From assembly GCA_002928515.1 (NCBI GenBank), contig PERI01000006.1:21670-85669 (forward strand): a stretch of 64,000 nucleotides of DNA, given 5' to 3'. The translations under genes and the position numbers were made by a program. This DNA comes from Hyphomicrobium sp. Its GTDB lineage: Bacteria > Pseudomonadota > Alphaproteobacteria > Rhizobiales > Hyphomicrobiaceae. Of this stretch, positions 46,170 to 55,356 are shown in pieces. Every line of letters begins with the position of its first letter. Position 1 is the first letter of the stretch. Under the pieces are notes generated by a model that was given only the letters and a program-made list of their open reading frames with translations, was not told the DNA's origin and made no database searches.

Positions 46170-48608
46170 TTATTCGGCCGCAGGCGGCGCCATTCGCCCG
46201 ATAAGCGCCATTTCACGGGCGGTTAACGTGTCTTCACCGTAGGATAGAGGTTCGTGGCTGCTGGATGTAAAGATTGTGTTATCGCGGTCAGCCGTTGTGA
46301 GCGTTGTGCTGTGGTCCACGTTCGAGGTGTTGTTTGCAAGCCCAGTAAGACGCTGGATGGTCGATTTCAGCTCATCGGGCAGGCTCGCTTCGATCGCGGG
46401 TAAAGTGAAAGTCGCTGTTTCTCGACTCAGAGTGACGTGCGTGTGCGTGTCACCGTCGCGATCTGGGCGTTGCTCAGTGTTGCTTGTCGCGGTGCCGTGC
46501 TGATTATCAGTGCGAGGTAATTGCACAACTGAAGATATCTCTGATTTTAAAACGTCTGATTTCTCTGGCGCGTGACTCACGGTGTTGCTGTTGGCTGCTT
46601 GCACCGTCACCTCGTCATGACTTGGTGCCGTTTGAGATGGCTGATACACGTCGGCGTAAGGGCCAAAGCGGCTGGCGTGTTCAGGGTCGATCGCGCGAGA
46701 CTTAGCTGGCGATGACCGGGTGCTGGCTAAACTTGGTTCGAAGGCGCGCGTTGCCCGGCGCGTGAAGTTCATGACGGACGCGGGTGGCGTGCGCAGCGGT
46801 TCTGGTTCTGCCTTACGGATTGGCGGCGCTGAGTTTGGTGGCCAAGGAAGCGTTGTGTCGGCCGTTTCTTTCGCGCGCCGCTTTTCCTCTTCGCTGCGAC
46901 GTGCAGCACCCATCACCGCGCCGAGAATGATATCCGACCACGCGCCATCGGCGAATTTGTAAACGCGAAACGCGTTTGACTGAGCAAATTTTGACCCTTG
47001 GCGCGCCAGTCGTTTCTGGATGCTGCCGGTTGTGGGCAGCATCGTCCGCTTGAATATTTTTTCTTTTTCAAAACTTGCAAATAGATTGGCCAAAAGCTGG
47101 GCTTCGATGCGCAAATCTTCGCGCTGCTGAGGGTCGAGCCGTGGTGGGGCATCGAGAGGGACGGCCACGTAATAGTCCCCGTGCATATCGAACACGACAT
47201 GGCGGAAGATTTCAAAATTCTCGCGAATTTGGCTATCGCGGTGAATGTCGTTGAAACGGGACAGAATCTGAATAACCGGGCCGCGTTCGGCCGCTTGCAT
47301 TTTCGGCAGCAAGCCGGTGAGCCGACTGGTCGGCCGCTGTACCATCGAAACAAGCAACAGGCATATATCGACGAACACTGCGACAGCGAGCGGTACATAA
47401 TCGCGTTTCGACAATCCGCCTTGTTCGGTTGCAATAGCTCGGAGCGAGGCTGAACTTTGGCTTGACGAGCCTGAAGCGTTTGCGCTTTCGACAGACTGCA
47501 CTGCCTTTTTCTGTAATTCACGCAACTCGTCGGCAGAAGGCGGTAACTTGAATGCCAGCGCACCGTAGAAAGTCGTCGTCAAGCGGCGGAAGGCTTCGAT
47601 GGTCGCCTCCGATCCCTCGACGGCTGCTATTTCCGGCTTGGTCATCTCCGGCAATTGGTCGATGGCTTTGACGACACCGCGCAGCGCGGTTTGCAGTTGC
47701 GGGTCGGGGCATGAGAGATTTTTTCCGCCGTTGGCAATGGTGGTGCGTTCGGCGCGGTCTGCGAGATCGGTCCGTATCTGGCGCAATTGCGGATCGGTGC
47801 GGAACGCATTGAAGCCTGTCACGGTGAGGTCGAGTTTGCGGCTCAGCGCACGCATGAATTCGTTGCGGTTGCCTGTCTTGGCGTCGATGGTGGACGCATC
47901 AGCCGACACGATTTTGACGAGGTCACCGTCGAGGGCTGAAAGATCGCCTTTCACAGCCGTGACGCGGCCTTTGACGAACTCGGATGCAAACGTAAATCGC
48001 TGGGCATCTTCATCGCGCATTTTTCGGCGGGGACCGTCGCCCGGTTTGCTATCGGGGCACGAGGTTCCCTTGGCGCGTTCCAGTTCGGCTTTTTCGTTTG
48101 AAAGCTGGGTCAGTTGAACGAGCGTCGATTGCAGTTGTTCGAGCCGTGTTGAGGCTGCATGCAACGAATTCTGCACCTGAGTGACGGCGCTTTCAGCCGA
48201 GCGTGAAGCCTCGCCGCGGCTTTCCAGCACTTTCCAGTAGAAGCCAAAGCCGAAGCCGACCGAAATCAGCGACAGAAAGATGTAGCCTGCCGCGTAGGCA
48301 AGTTTTGTTGAGAACGGATGCGGACGAAACATCTGGTCGAGCAGCCAGATGATCATCGTCATCAACATGGCAACCGAAAAGCCGATGATGAGCTTATGGA
48401 TGATCGGCAGATCGCCCATGTTGGCTTCGATCAGTTCGAGCATGCCGACATACGTTGCAACCCACGACAGCGCGCCGAGTCCGACAATTAAGACCGTGCG
48501 CTTCCAGTCTCGTTCAGGTTTTTCACTGTCATGCTGATTTTGCTGTCGGGGAAATGATGAGACGGTTGACGCACGCTGCGAACCCAAACTCGACGGCTCA
48601 AAATCCAT
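46170..48608 (-). CDS. Large membrane protein: 3 TM, coiled-coil ectodomain, TM, cytoplasmic domain (DUF4407-like, tentative)
   Basis: Three N-terminal hydrophobic helices, long helical region with E..G..C....GDGP, a fourth TM VPLAVAVFVDICLLLVSMV, Ser/Thr/Pro-rich tail. Start moved to MDFEP 48608. Confidence 0.7.
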   Translation of the reverse strand: MDFEPSSLGSQRASTVSSFPRQQNQHDSEKPERDWKRTVLIVGLGALSWVATYVGMLELIEANMGDLPIIHKLIIGFSVAMLMTMIIWLLDQMFRPHPFSTKLAYAAGYIFLSLISVGFGFGFYWKVLESRGEASRSAESAVTQVQNSLHAASTRLEQLQSTLVQLTQLSNEKAELERAKGTSCPDSKPGDGPRRKMRDEDAQRFTFASEFVKGRVTAVKGDLSALDGDLVKIVSADASTIDAKTGNRNEFMRALSRKLDLTVTGFNAFRTDPQLRQIRTDLADRAERTTIANGGKNLSCPDPQLQTALRGVVKAIDQLPEMTKPEIAAVEGSEATIEAFRRLTTTFYGALAFKLPPSADELRELQKKAVQSVESANASGSSSQSSASLRAIATEQGGLSKRDYVPLAVAVFVDICLLLVSMVQRPTSRLTGLLPKMQAAERGPVIQILSRFNDIHRDSQIRENFEIFRHVVFDMHGDYYVAVPLDAPPRLDPQQREDLRIEAQLLANLFASFEKEKIFKRTMLPTTGSIQKRLARQGSKFAQSNAFRVYKFADGAWSDIILGAVMGAARRSEEEKRRAKETADTTLPWPPNSAPPIRKAEPEPLRTPPASVMNFTRRATRAFEPSLASTRSSPAKSRAIDPEHASRFGPYADVYQPSQTAPSHDEVTVQAANSNTVSHAPEKSDVLKSEISSVVQLPRTDNQHGTATSNTEQRPDRDGDTHTHVTLSRETATFTLPAIEASLPDELKSTIQRLTGLANNTSNVDHSTTLTTADRDNTIFTSSSHEPLSYGEDTLTAREMALIGRMAPPAAE

Positions 48609-48740
48609 GTTACCCAACCCGCGCGCCAGCATCGGCGTAGCGCGACAATCGTCGGGCTGTCTGCTTTTTTCATGTCGCAACTGCGGCTGACGGGTGGCGT
48701 TTGTTCGCTCGATTTGTGGATGCGGGAGACGTGCGCATGA

Positions 48741-51242
48741 TCAATTCGGATTGAGATTGCGAAACAGATTTTCGCCCGATGTCGGTGGGCGGTAGGCATC
48801 GTCGCGTCGTAGCGATGCCACCGGCGACGCTGCAGGTCTAGCCGGGCGACGCGGCACAAGATCAGGACGCGCGTTCGCTTTTGCGTCCTGCGCCAGATTG
48901 ATGAGGAGATCATCGAGCAAGGGTGCAGCCAGTTGTCCGGCGTGAAGCCCCTGGGCAAATGGCGAGCCTGGCGTGCCGGTTCCAACGAGCACGACGTAGG
49001 AATACGCCGCGCCGTTCTTGAACTGCAATCCACCTGTGATCCAGGTGTCGATGGTGGCGTTCGGGTCGGTACCGACTTGGGTTCCGGTTTTCGCAAAATG
49101 CAACAGCAGATCGTCCCGCCTCGCGGCGCACCAATGACTCAATGTTTTCAGTGTGCCGTGCGGAGTTCCGCCCGTTTCATAACACAGCGGTGCTTGTAAG
49201 AGCGATTTCAGCAACGGCGCTGCGTTTTTGCGAACGAGCTTATTGGGAACGACTGTTGCGCGGGCGTTTGGTGTCACACCTGCATGGCTGTCGCCTTTGA
49301 AGGTGTAGTCGTAGCTGCGGATCATGCTCGGCAATTTGAGCGGCTTTCCGCCTTGCCCGATCAAGGACGCTAGCACGATGCTCGACATGTTGTGGACGGT
49401 CCGCGGTGCGCCAGCAATCTGGCCCAGTACGGCAGCGGTTGATGCTGGTGTTCCGCCGAGTGCTGCTGACGGCGGCATGGCAAAACCGAAGCCGTCGACC
49501 AAGCGCTGCATGCGTGGTTGACCGAGACGTGCGGCACGATCCACCAAAGGCTCGTTTAGCGAACACGCGAAAGCGACTATGGATTTGCGGCCAAAACTTC
49601 CACTGCCGCCCTTGGCACAGGTCTCAAGACCTGCTGATGGCGCGCGGGTATCGAGATAAAGCGAGTCAGCGGTATCCTTGCCCTCGTTGGCAATGCCGAT
49701 GGCGACAAGCATTTTGCCTGTCGAGGCGATCATGCGGCCTTCGGCTGTCGGGTCGTAGATGCCGGACTGCGTATTGCGTGCGGGCCATGATCCAAAGTAG
49801 GGCGCGGTTTCTCCGGTCTCGTAATAGCGCACGATGTTGCCAGCGCTATCGGATGCCACGACGACGACATTGGGCATAGTTTTATCAGAGCTGACTTTCT
49901 TGGGATCGAGCGTGTAGGCAGGATCGAGCTTGCGTTGCCATTTCGCATCGAGACTTGCCAGCCGCGTTTCCATCGTTTCGCGGAACGCCAAGTTCGCGCC
50001 AACGTCGAATGTCGTCGTTACGCCGCGCACGTAGTCGCGCCAGCCAAAGCCATAGCGCTGCTTCATTTCTTCGCGCAGGCCGAAGCGCGCCGATGGCATT
50101 AGCACGTTGGCGCGGACGACCGGATTGGCTTGTGCGCGTTTTTCCTGATCAGGCGCAAATCGTTCCAGCGCTTGTTGCAGCTTTGGCCTGACCTTCGGAT
50201 CAGGCGGACCGCTACCCAGCTGCAACAATTCGAACACGATGGCTTTCTGCTCGGCTTCATCAGTGATCAACTTTTCAGCGCATGTGCGTGCGCGCACTTC
50301 GGTAATGTAGCGCCAGCGGTCGAGCCGCACTTCGTTCAGGCGGTCGCTGCCTTCCAGCAAAATGATCGGTTTGTTGACCGCCGATGCCAGCACGAACTGT
50401 TCAGCGGTCGATAGATCCTTGGCTTCCTTGCCTAACACGATGCGGCTTGTCACTTCGACGCCATGCAACGGTTGCCCGCCGGTGCGTTGCGCAAGCCAGA
50501 TATGGTTCGCCGCCCATTGCTTGAGCAACGTGTCATCGCCGCCGCGGGTGAGTTCGCGATAAATGACGGGGGCGAGCCACCACTCGCGCATTTTGCGACC
50601 GAGCTTTCCAAACGGGCCCTCGTCAGCATGGGGCGGCGTTTTGTAGATCACGCGGGCAAATTGCATCGGCAGCGTCGATCCACCTACGCCCAGGCTCGGA
50701 CGTTTCAGCTCAATGGAACGCGTCACCGTTGAGAGTGGAATTTTTAGAACGCCTATGAGGTCGATACCGAATGGATTGAGCGGTCCGCCGAGATAGCGAT
50801 CCTCGTGATAGGACAAGCAGCGCCAGTATTGCTCCGGCACTTCGCGCACAGGAATGGATTTGTGATCGGGATTGGCAACGTAATCGCCGAATTCGATGGC
50901 TTCGTCGGTGTAGTTGACGTCGCGAAGGCTATCGAGGCGCGGGTCAAACGTGCCGACGAAATTGCCTTTTGGGTCGTAAATGGCGGTTGCGAGCCAGCGC
51001 TCGGCGTCATAGCCGATTTTTTCGCGCAGCGTGTATTGGCCGGTATAGCCTCGTATCGGCGCGACGACATAAACCAGGAGCACGGCAAAAACGACATAGA
51101 GACATCCGGCCGTCGCGAGATGACGCAAGGGCCCAAGGCGCGGATTAAATGGAATGGCGTTGGCAAAAAAACGCAGGGCGCGCCTGGGCACGATCAGAAA
51201 AAGATCGAGGAGCGCGGTCAAACGCCTGAGAAGTTGTAACAT
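48741..51242 (-). CDS. Divergent bifunctional class A PBP (PBP1C-related)
   Basis: GT motifs HEDRYL, GGSTLPMQFAR, RKMRE; transpeptidase motifs STGK, SLN, KTG all present. Confidence 0.8.
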   Translation of the reverse strand: MLQLLRRLTALLDLFLIVPRRALRFFANAIPFNPRLGPLRHLATAGCLYVVFAVLLVYVVAPIRGYTGQYTLREKIGYDAERWLATAIYDPKGNFVGTFDPRLDSLRDVNYTDEAIEFGDYVANPDHKSIPVREVPEQYWRCLSYHEDRYLGGPLNPFGIDLIGVLKIPLSTVTRSIELKRPSLGVGGSTLPMQFARVIYKTPPHADEGPFGKLGRKMREWWLAPVIYRELTRGGDDTLLKQWAANHIWLAQRTGGQPLHGVEVTSRIVLGKEAKDLSTAEQFVLASAVNKPIILLEGSDRLNEVRLDRWRYITEVRARTCAEKLITDEAEQKAIVFELLQLGSGPPDPKVRPKLQQALERFAPDQEKRAQANPVVRANVLMPSARFGLREEMKQRYGFGWRDYVRGVTTTFDVGANLAFRETMETRLASLDAKWQRKLDPAYTLDPKKVSSDKTMPNVVVVASDSAGNIVRYYETGETAPYFGSWPARNTQSGIYDPTAEGRMIASTGKMLVAIGIANEGKDTADSLYLDTRAPSAGLETCAKGGSGSFGRKSIVAFACSLNEPLVDRAARLGQPRMQRLVDGFGFAMPPSAALGGTPASTAAVLGQIAGAPRTVHNMSSIVLASLIGQGGKPLKLPSMIRSYDYTFKGDSHAGVTPNARATVVPNKLVRKNAAPLLKSLLQAPLCYETGGTPHGTLKTLSHWCAARRDDLLLHFAKTGTQVGTDPNATIDTWITGGLQFKNGAAYSYVVLVGTGTPGSPFAQGLHAGQLAAPLLDDLLINLAQDAKANARPDLVPRRPARPAASPVASLRRDDAYRPPTSGENLFRNLNPN

Positions 51243-51498
51243 GCCTGACGCAATGCCGATCTATTGCAAGCCGCGAAACGGATTGCTGGACAAGCACTGT
51301 AATGGACAAAGTTTACGGCTTCACTCGCGCGAATAGGCGGTTTATTCCGTGCAAGTTCACGGCATCAATGCGGCGCAGACAATATTCACCCGTTATGATC
51401 AACACGCACGATCGCTGCAGCGATCACCTACAAGTTATTCATAAGGACAAACAGACCTACACCGATCGCAGGACCCAAAAGGGTCGCACATAACATTA

Positions 51499-51520
51499 CA
51501 AAAAATGGCTTAGCCGCCAT
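51499..51520 (-). terminator. Possible short intrinsic terminator
   Basis: Minus strand ATGGC-GGCTAA-GCCAT-TTTTT; only a 5-bp stem. Confidence 0.35.
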
Positions 51521-51973
51521 GACACTCTACCCCGCACACAAGCCTTCAATCACACAATTTACGCCACAGAACCCGGAAGTCCCTCTCCGCGTTCCAAACA
51601 CATTCCGAGATTTGCGAGCCACATATCAAATCTCAGGTCAGTCGAAGCCCTCCGCCGACAATTTGATATGACATACTCCTAAAGTGCTTGACAGAGCCTT
51701 GTGTGATTTGCGTTGCGCAGCGTCGACTTCAGGCCACGCTCTGGAAGGTTTGAAATGAACGGCATATAGACGCTATAAATTGCGTCATCTCTGAATTGAA
51801 TCTCGTAGCTATTTCATGGGCCTGGGTAAGACTATTCTAAAAGGCGGATTTCTTCGCGCGTGAGCATTTCGCGTCGCAACATCACGGACCCACGCAAAAG
51901 CTGAAATAAGAATTGATCGCAGCGGTGTATTTGCGCATCAGGCAAGACCTTCGCTGTAGCCTTCCTTCATACG

Positions 51974-54900
51974 CTACTTGAGGTCAAAAAGTCGGAGCTG
52001 CCGCTCGTCCAATCCGCGCGTTTCGGCAGCCAGTTGTTCGATCCGATCGAATGGCACCTGCTCGGCAGAAATCAACGAACGCTGTGCCTTCATCGGTCGC
52101 ACAAGACCTTCTTGCACGAGATGGAATTCGCCGACCGTTTGGCCTGGCAGAGACGTGGTTGGGTCGAGGCCCGATTCCGATTGGAATGCGGCTTTCAATT
52201 TGCGCAAGGCTGTGTCTTCACGCACGCGGCCGATGAACCAGCTCGTGATCTGATCGCGGCTCTTATAGTCGAGGTCGCCGGGCGATTGGGTAGCGAGCAT
52301 CATGCCGAGACCAGCCGAGCGCGCGCGCTTCAACAGGCTTTGCAGTGGCTCTGCCGTTGCCGGTTTGGAGTTGGCTGGAATGTAAAGATCGGCTTCGTCG
52401 AACATGACCACGGCTTGCAGTTCGTCGTTCGGGTTGCGCTGACAGAAGCGCAAGGCCTCCGATAGGAACTGCGAGACCCAGAACAGAATATTTTCGTTGT
52501 CGCCAAGGAAGCCGGTGTAGATCACCGACAAGCGTGTGCGGTTCGGGCGCTGATATTTGCCCAAGCCCAACAGGCTATCCATGCGCAAGCTTTCACCACC
52601 GCCTTCAAACAAAGCGGCGTTGCGCAGACGTAAGCTATCCAGCTGCGCGACGAGATCGCGGCGCAGTTTGCCGGACGGGTCCATGCGCTGCGTTTGGTCT
52701 GTCAATTCGGGATGCTCGTCTTCGAGCATGTGGATGAGATCGGTCAGCGTCACTTCAGCGGTGCTGAGGGTGCCAAGAATCCGCAGTGCGACGGCTAATA
52801 CGCCCGACTGCTTCTGGTGCGTGGCGGAATTCTTCAGATGCAGCATGTCGCCGAGGGCGGCAGCCGAAAGGTTGGCGAGCAACTGTTGCTCGTGCTCGGG
52901 CAGTTCGTTGATGCCGTTCGGCAGCAGCGTGATTGAGATCGGACGTCCTGAAGATCGTCCGGGCGTATAAACAGCGACGTCAATCGCATCGGCGAGTTTT
53001 TCGCGTTCTGCTTTGCGCTCAGGCGTATCGCTATCGTTGGCGCGCCAGACATCGGGGTTTGCGTAGCTCGCCAAGTCGCCCTTACGGTCGATCAGTACGG
53101 CTGGAATTCCGCGCAGCAAAAGCTGCTCGATGAGCGATAGCGCGAGCGTGGTTTTACCCGAGCCGGAGCCGCCGAGAAACGCTGCGTGGCGCTTCAAGAT
53201 ACTTTTATTGAGCGTGACAGGCTTAGCGCGTTGGCCAATTTCGCGGCCCGACATAATGCTCGATCCGTAGGTGCCGTTCTCGTCGAGGATCATGGACAAC
53301 GGTAGTTCGTCGTCATTCGCGGGCAGATTGACATCAGCAACGGCATCGCTCGACATTGTGTGCGATTTGTCAGCGAAATGATCGTGCGCTGAGTTTGGAT
53401 CGTCCATGTCTTTTTGCACGAGGCGGGGCACGGGTCGCCCGAGCAAATCCAACCGCAACAGATGCACAATCGACAGTAGGCTCGAAAGAGGTTTGGTCCC
53501 TTCCAGCCACTGCATCATGCCCGCGTCGCCGCGATGATGCGCCGTGAACTCGCGCACCGTCATCATGCGTTCCCACTCTGGGATCGGCACCAGCAACTGA
53601 CGGCCGCCGCCATCGCGGAATTTGCGGAATGCTTGAGCGGTTTGATTTTTTTTGTTGGGCGGAAAGTCGCTGGCGCGCAGCATGAAACAAGGCTTGCCCT
53701 GCATCGCCATGAGCACTTTATCGAGCTGTCGTTTCAATCCGCCGCCTTGCGTCGGCCGATTGCACAGGAATACGCGCACGTCGCTGGCAAAACCGGTTCG
53801 GTGGCGCACGGTGAGATCGAATGCCGGCAAGTCTTCGCCGAGTTCAAGGCGCTTGACCGTTACGTCGATGGCTTTGCCCCACTCGTCGCGGGCAAGCAGG
53901 AGGCCAGCCGATAGAACATCGACCAGTTCCTGATCGTCGGTCGGCATTTCAGCTTCGCTCTCATTGGCAAAGCGCTCCCACATTTCGCGGAATTGCACGG
54001 CCGATAAAGCGTTCGGTGGGTCTTCTTCGGCGTGTCCGAAGCCGACAGCTTGGCCGAGTGCTTGCGCCAGCGTGCTGATGAACGATGGCTTGCTCGTCTC
54101 GGCGTCGCCGTCTGTATCGTCGCTGTCACTGCCGGTTGCCTCGCGCAGACGGGTTTGTGCGTGTTCGAGCAAGCGGCGTGTCGAAAGCCCAGCAAATTCT
54201 TCGAAGAACTGCGGTCCGAAAAACTGCGAGGCATCCGGGAAGCTCATGCCTCCGCCACTGATTTCAGCTTGGTGGGCAATGCGCTTTGAGATGATTAAGC
54301 GCGCTTCTTCGGGCGTGCGGCTTTCGCGCAGCAATACCGGGCCAGACTTTTCGATGCGGTCTATGTAGGACTGCGAAATCAGGCCGCGAACTTGGCCGTA
54401 GAAATCTTCCAAACACGAAATCACAATGATCGCGTTGGTCAGCCGATTAGCGATTTGAATCAGATCGCGCACGGCGCGCTGGAAGCGTTCCTCAGCGTTG
54501 TCAAAAAAGCGTAAATCTTCGACTTGATCGATGCAGAACACGAGTGCTGCGCGATCGACACTCCAAATCAGCGAGCCAAGCGCGGCGATGATTTCGAAGG
54601 CGCGATCCTCACCCGTATTCGGGTCCAGCGCACGCACCGCTTCGAGCGCGATCGGCGTCAACTGTCGGCCGTGCAAATACTGTCTGATGCGCTGATCGAT
54701 GCGCGGATCGCGACGCTGCATGTAGAGCAACGCGCGCACGATATTGATATCGACTTCGCGCGTTTGAAAGCGCTCGCTGGCGACGATGTCATCGGCCAAT
54801 CGTAAAATCAGTCTGGCTAAGCCTTCATCGTCCAACTGCGCGTCGCGAAGCTGGTCGAGATCGGCGGCCGAGATCACCTCGCTATCGAGCACGAGCTTAT

Positions 54901-55339
54901 TGGTCAGTCGTGACAACGCGCTTTCGCCAAAGCGGTCTGGGTCATAGGGCTTTTCCAGAGAATGGACGAGGCGGCGCAGATAGAAGTCGGCGTAGTTCGA
55001 TACGTCGGGCGTCATTTGTGCGTAACCAAAGTACGCTTGCCCCGTGCGATGCGTTGCAGTGCGCAGGGCCCGCACGAGATGCGTTTTGCCGGCACCCGAT
55101 TGGCCGTGAAATAGGAGGATGCGCTCTTGAACGTGGAATCCACGACCTGACGTGACGGTGGTGATCAAGTCATTGAACTTTTGGCGTGCTTTCGCGTGCA
55201 CCTCAGGGACGTCGACAGGGTCGGCACGCCATAGATCATCTTCCCAGGTGATCGAATGCTCAAACGCCTCGCTCAGCTTGTCTGGCGCGAGTTGCGGAGC
55301 ATAGGAGGTTTTTTTCAATGGACTGCTTTCGACACCCAT
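51974..55339 (-). CDS. Dual-NTPase protein: N-terminal AAA+-like P-loop plus C-terminal HerA/FtsK-like (DUF87/DUF853-type) ATPase
   Basis: N-terminal GQSGAGKT and VFCIDQVE; C-terminal GGSGSGKT, LIDRKGD, VMFDEAD, KRARSAGLGMMLATQSPGDL. Start moved to ATG 55339 (ORF track 55384). Confidence 0.85.
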   Translation of the reverse strand: MGVESSPLKKTSYAPQLAPDKLSEAFEHSITWEDDLWRADPVDVPEVHAKARQKFNDLITTVTSGRGFHVQERILLFHGQSGAGKTHLVRALRTATHRTGQAYFGYAQMTPDVSNYADFYLRRLVHSLEKPYDPDRFGESALSRLTNKLVLDSEVISAADLDQLRDAQLDDEGLARLILRLADDIVASERFQTREVDINIVRALLYMQRRDPRIDQRIRQYLHGRQLTPIALEAVRALDPNTGEDRAFEIIAALGSLIWSVDRAALVFCIDQVEDLRFFDNAEERFQRAVRDLIQIANRLTNAIIVISCLEDFYGQVRGLISQSYIDRIEKSGPVLLRESRTPEEARLIISKRIAHQAEISGGGMSFPDASQFFGPQFFEEFAGLSTRRLLEHAQTRLREATGSDSDDTDGDAETSKPSFISTLAQALGQAVGFGHAEEDPPNALSAVQFREMWERFANESEAEMPTDDQELVDVLSAGLLLARDEWGKAIDVTVKRLELGEDLPAFDLTVRHRTGFASDVRVFLCNRPTQGGGLKRQLDKVLMAMQGKPCFMLRASDFPPNKKNQTAQAFRKFRDGGGRQLLVPIPEWERMMTVREFTAHHRGDAGMMQWLEGTKPLSSLLSIVHLLRLDLLGRPVPRLVQKDMDDPNSAHDHFADKSHTMSSDAVADVNLPANDDELPLSMILDENGTYGSSIMSGREIGQRAKPVTLNKSILKRHAAFLGGSGSGKTTLALSLIEQLLLRGIPAVLIDRKGDLASYANPDVWRANDSDTPERKAEREKLADAIDVAVYTPGRSSGRPISITLLPNGINELPEHEQQLLANLSAAALGDMLHLKNSATHQKQSGVLAVALRILGTLSTAEVTLTDLIHMLEDEHPELTDQTQRMDPSGKLRRDLVAQLDSLRLRNAALFEGGGESLRMDSLLGLGKYQRPNRTRLSVIYTGFLGDNENILFWVSQFLSEALRFCQRNPNDELQAVVMFDEADLYIPANSKPATAEPLQSLLKRARSAGLGMMLATQSPGDLDYKSRDQITSWFIGRVREDTALRKLKAAFQSESGLDPTTSLPGQTVGEFHLVQEGLVRPMKAQRSLISAEQVPFDRIEQLAAETRGLDERQLRLFDLK

Positions 55340-55356
55340 GCGGAACAGACAACCTT

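Noticed and set aside
51633-51674. 13-aa minus-strand ORF MSYQIVGGGLRLT after AGGAG as a leader peptide
   Set aside because: Only 1 nt separates the Shine-Dalgarno-like motif from the ATG, and there is no informative codon bias.
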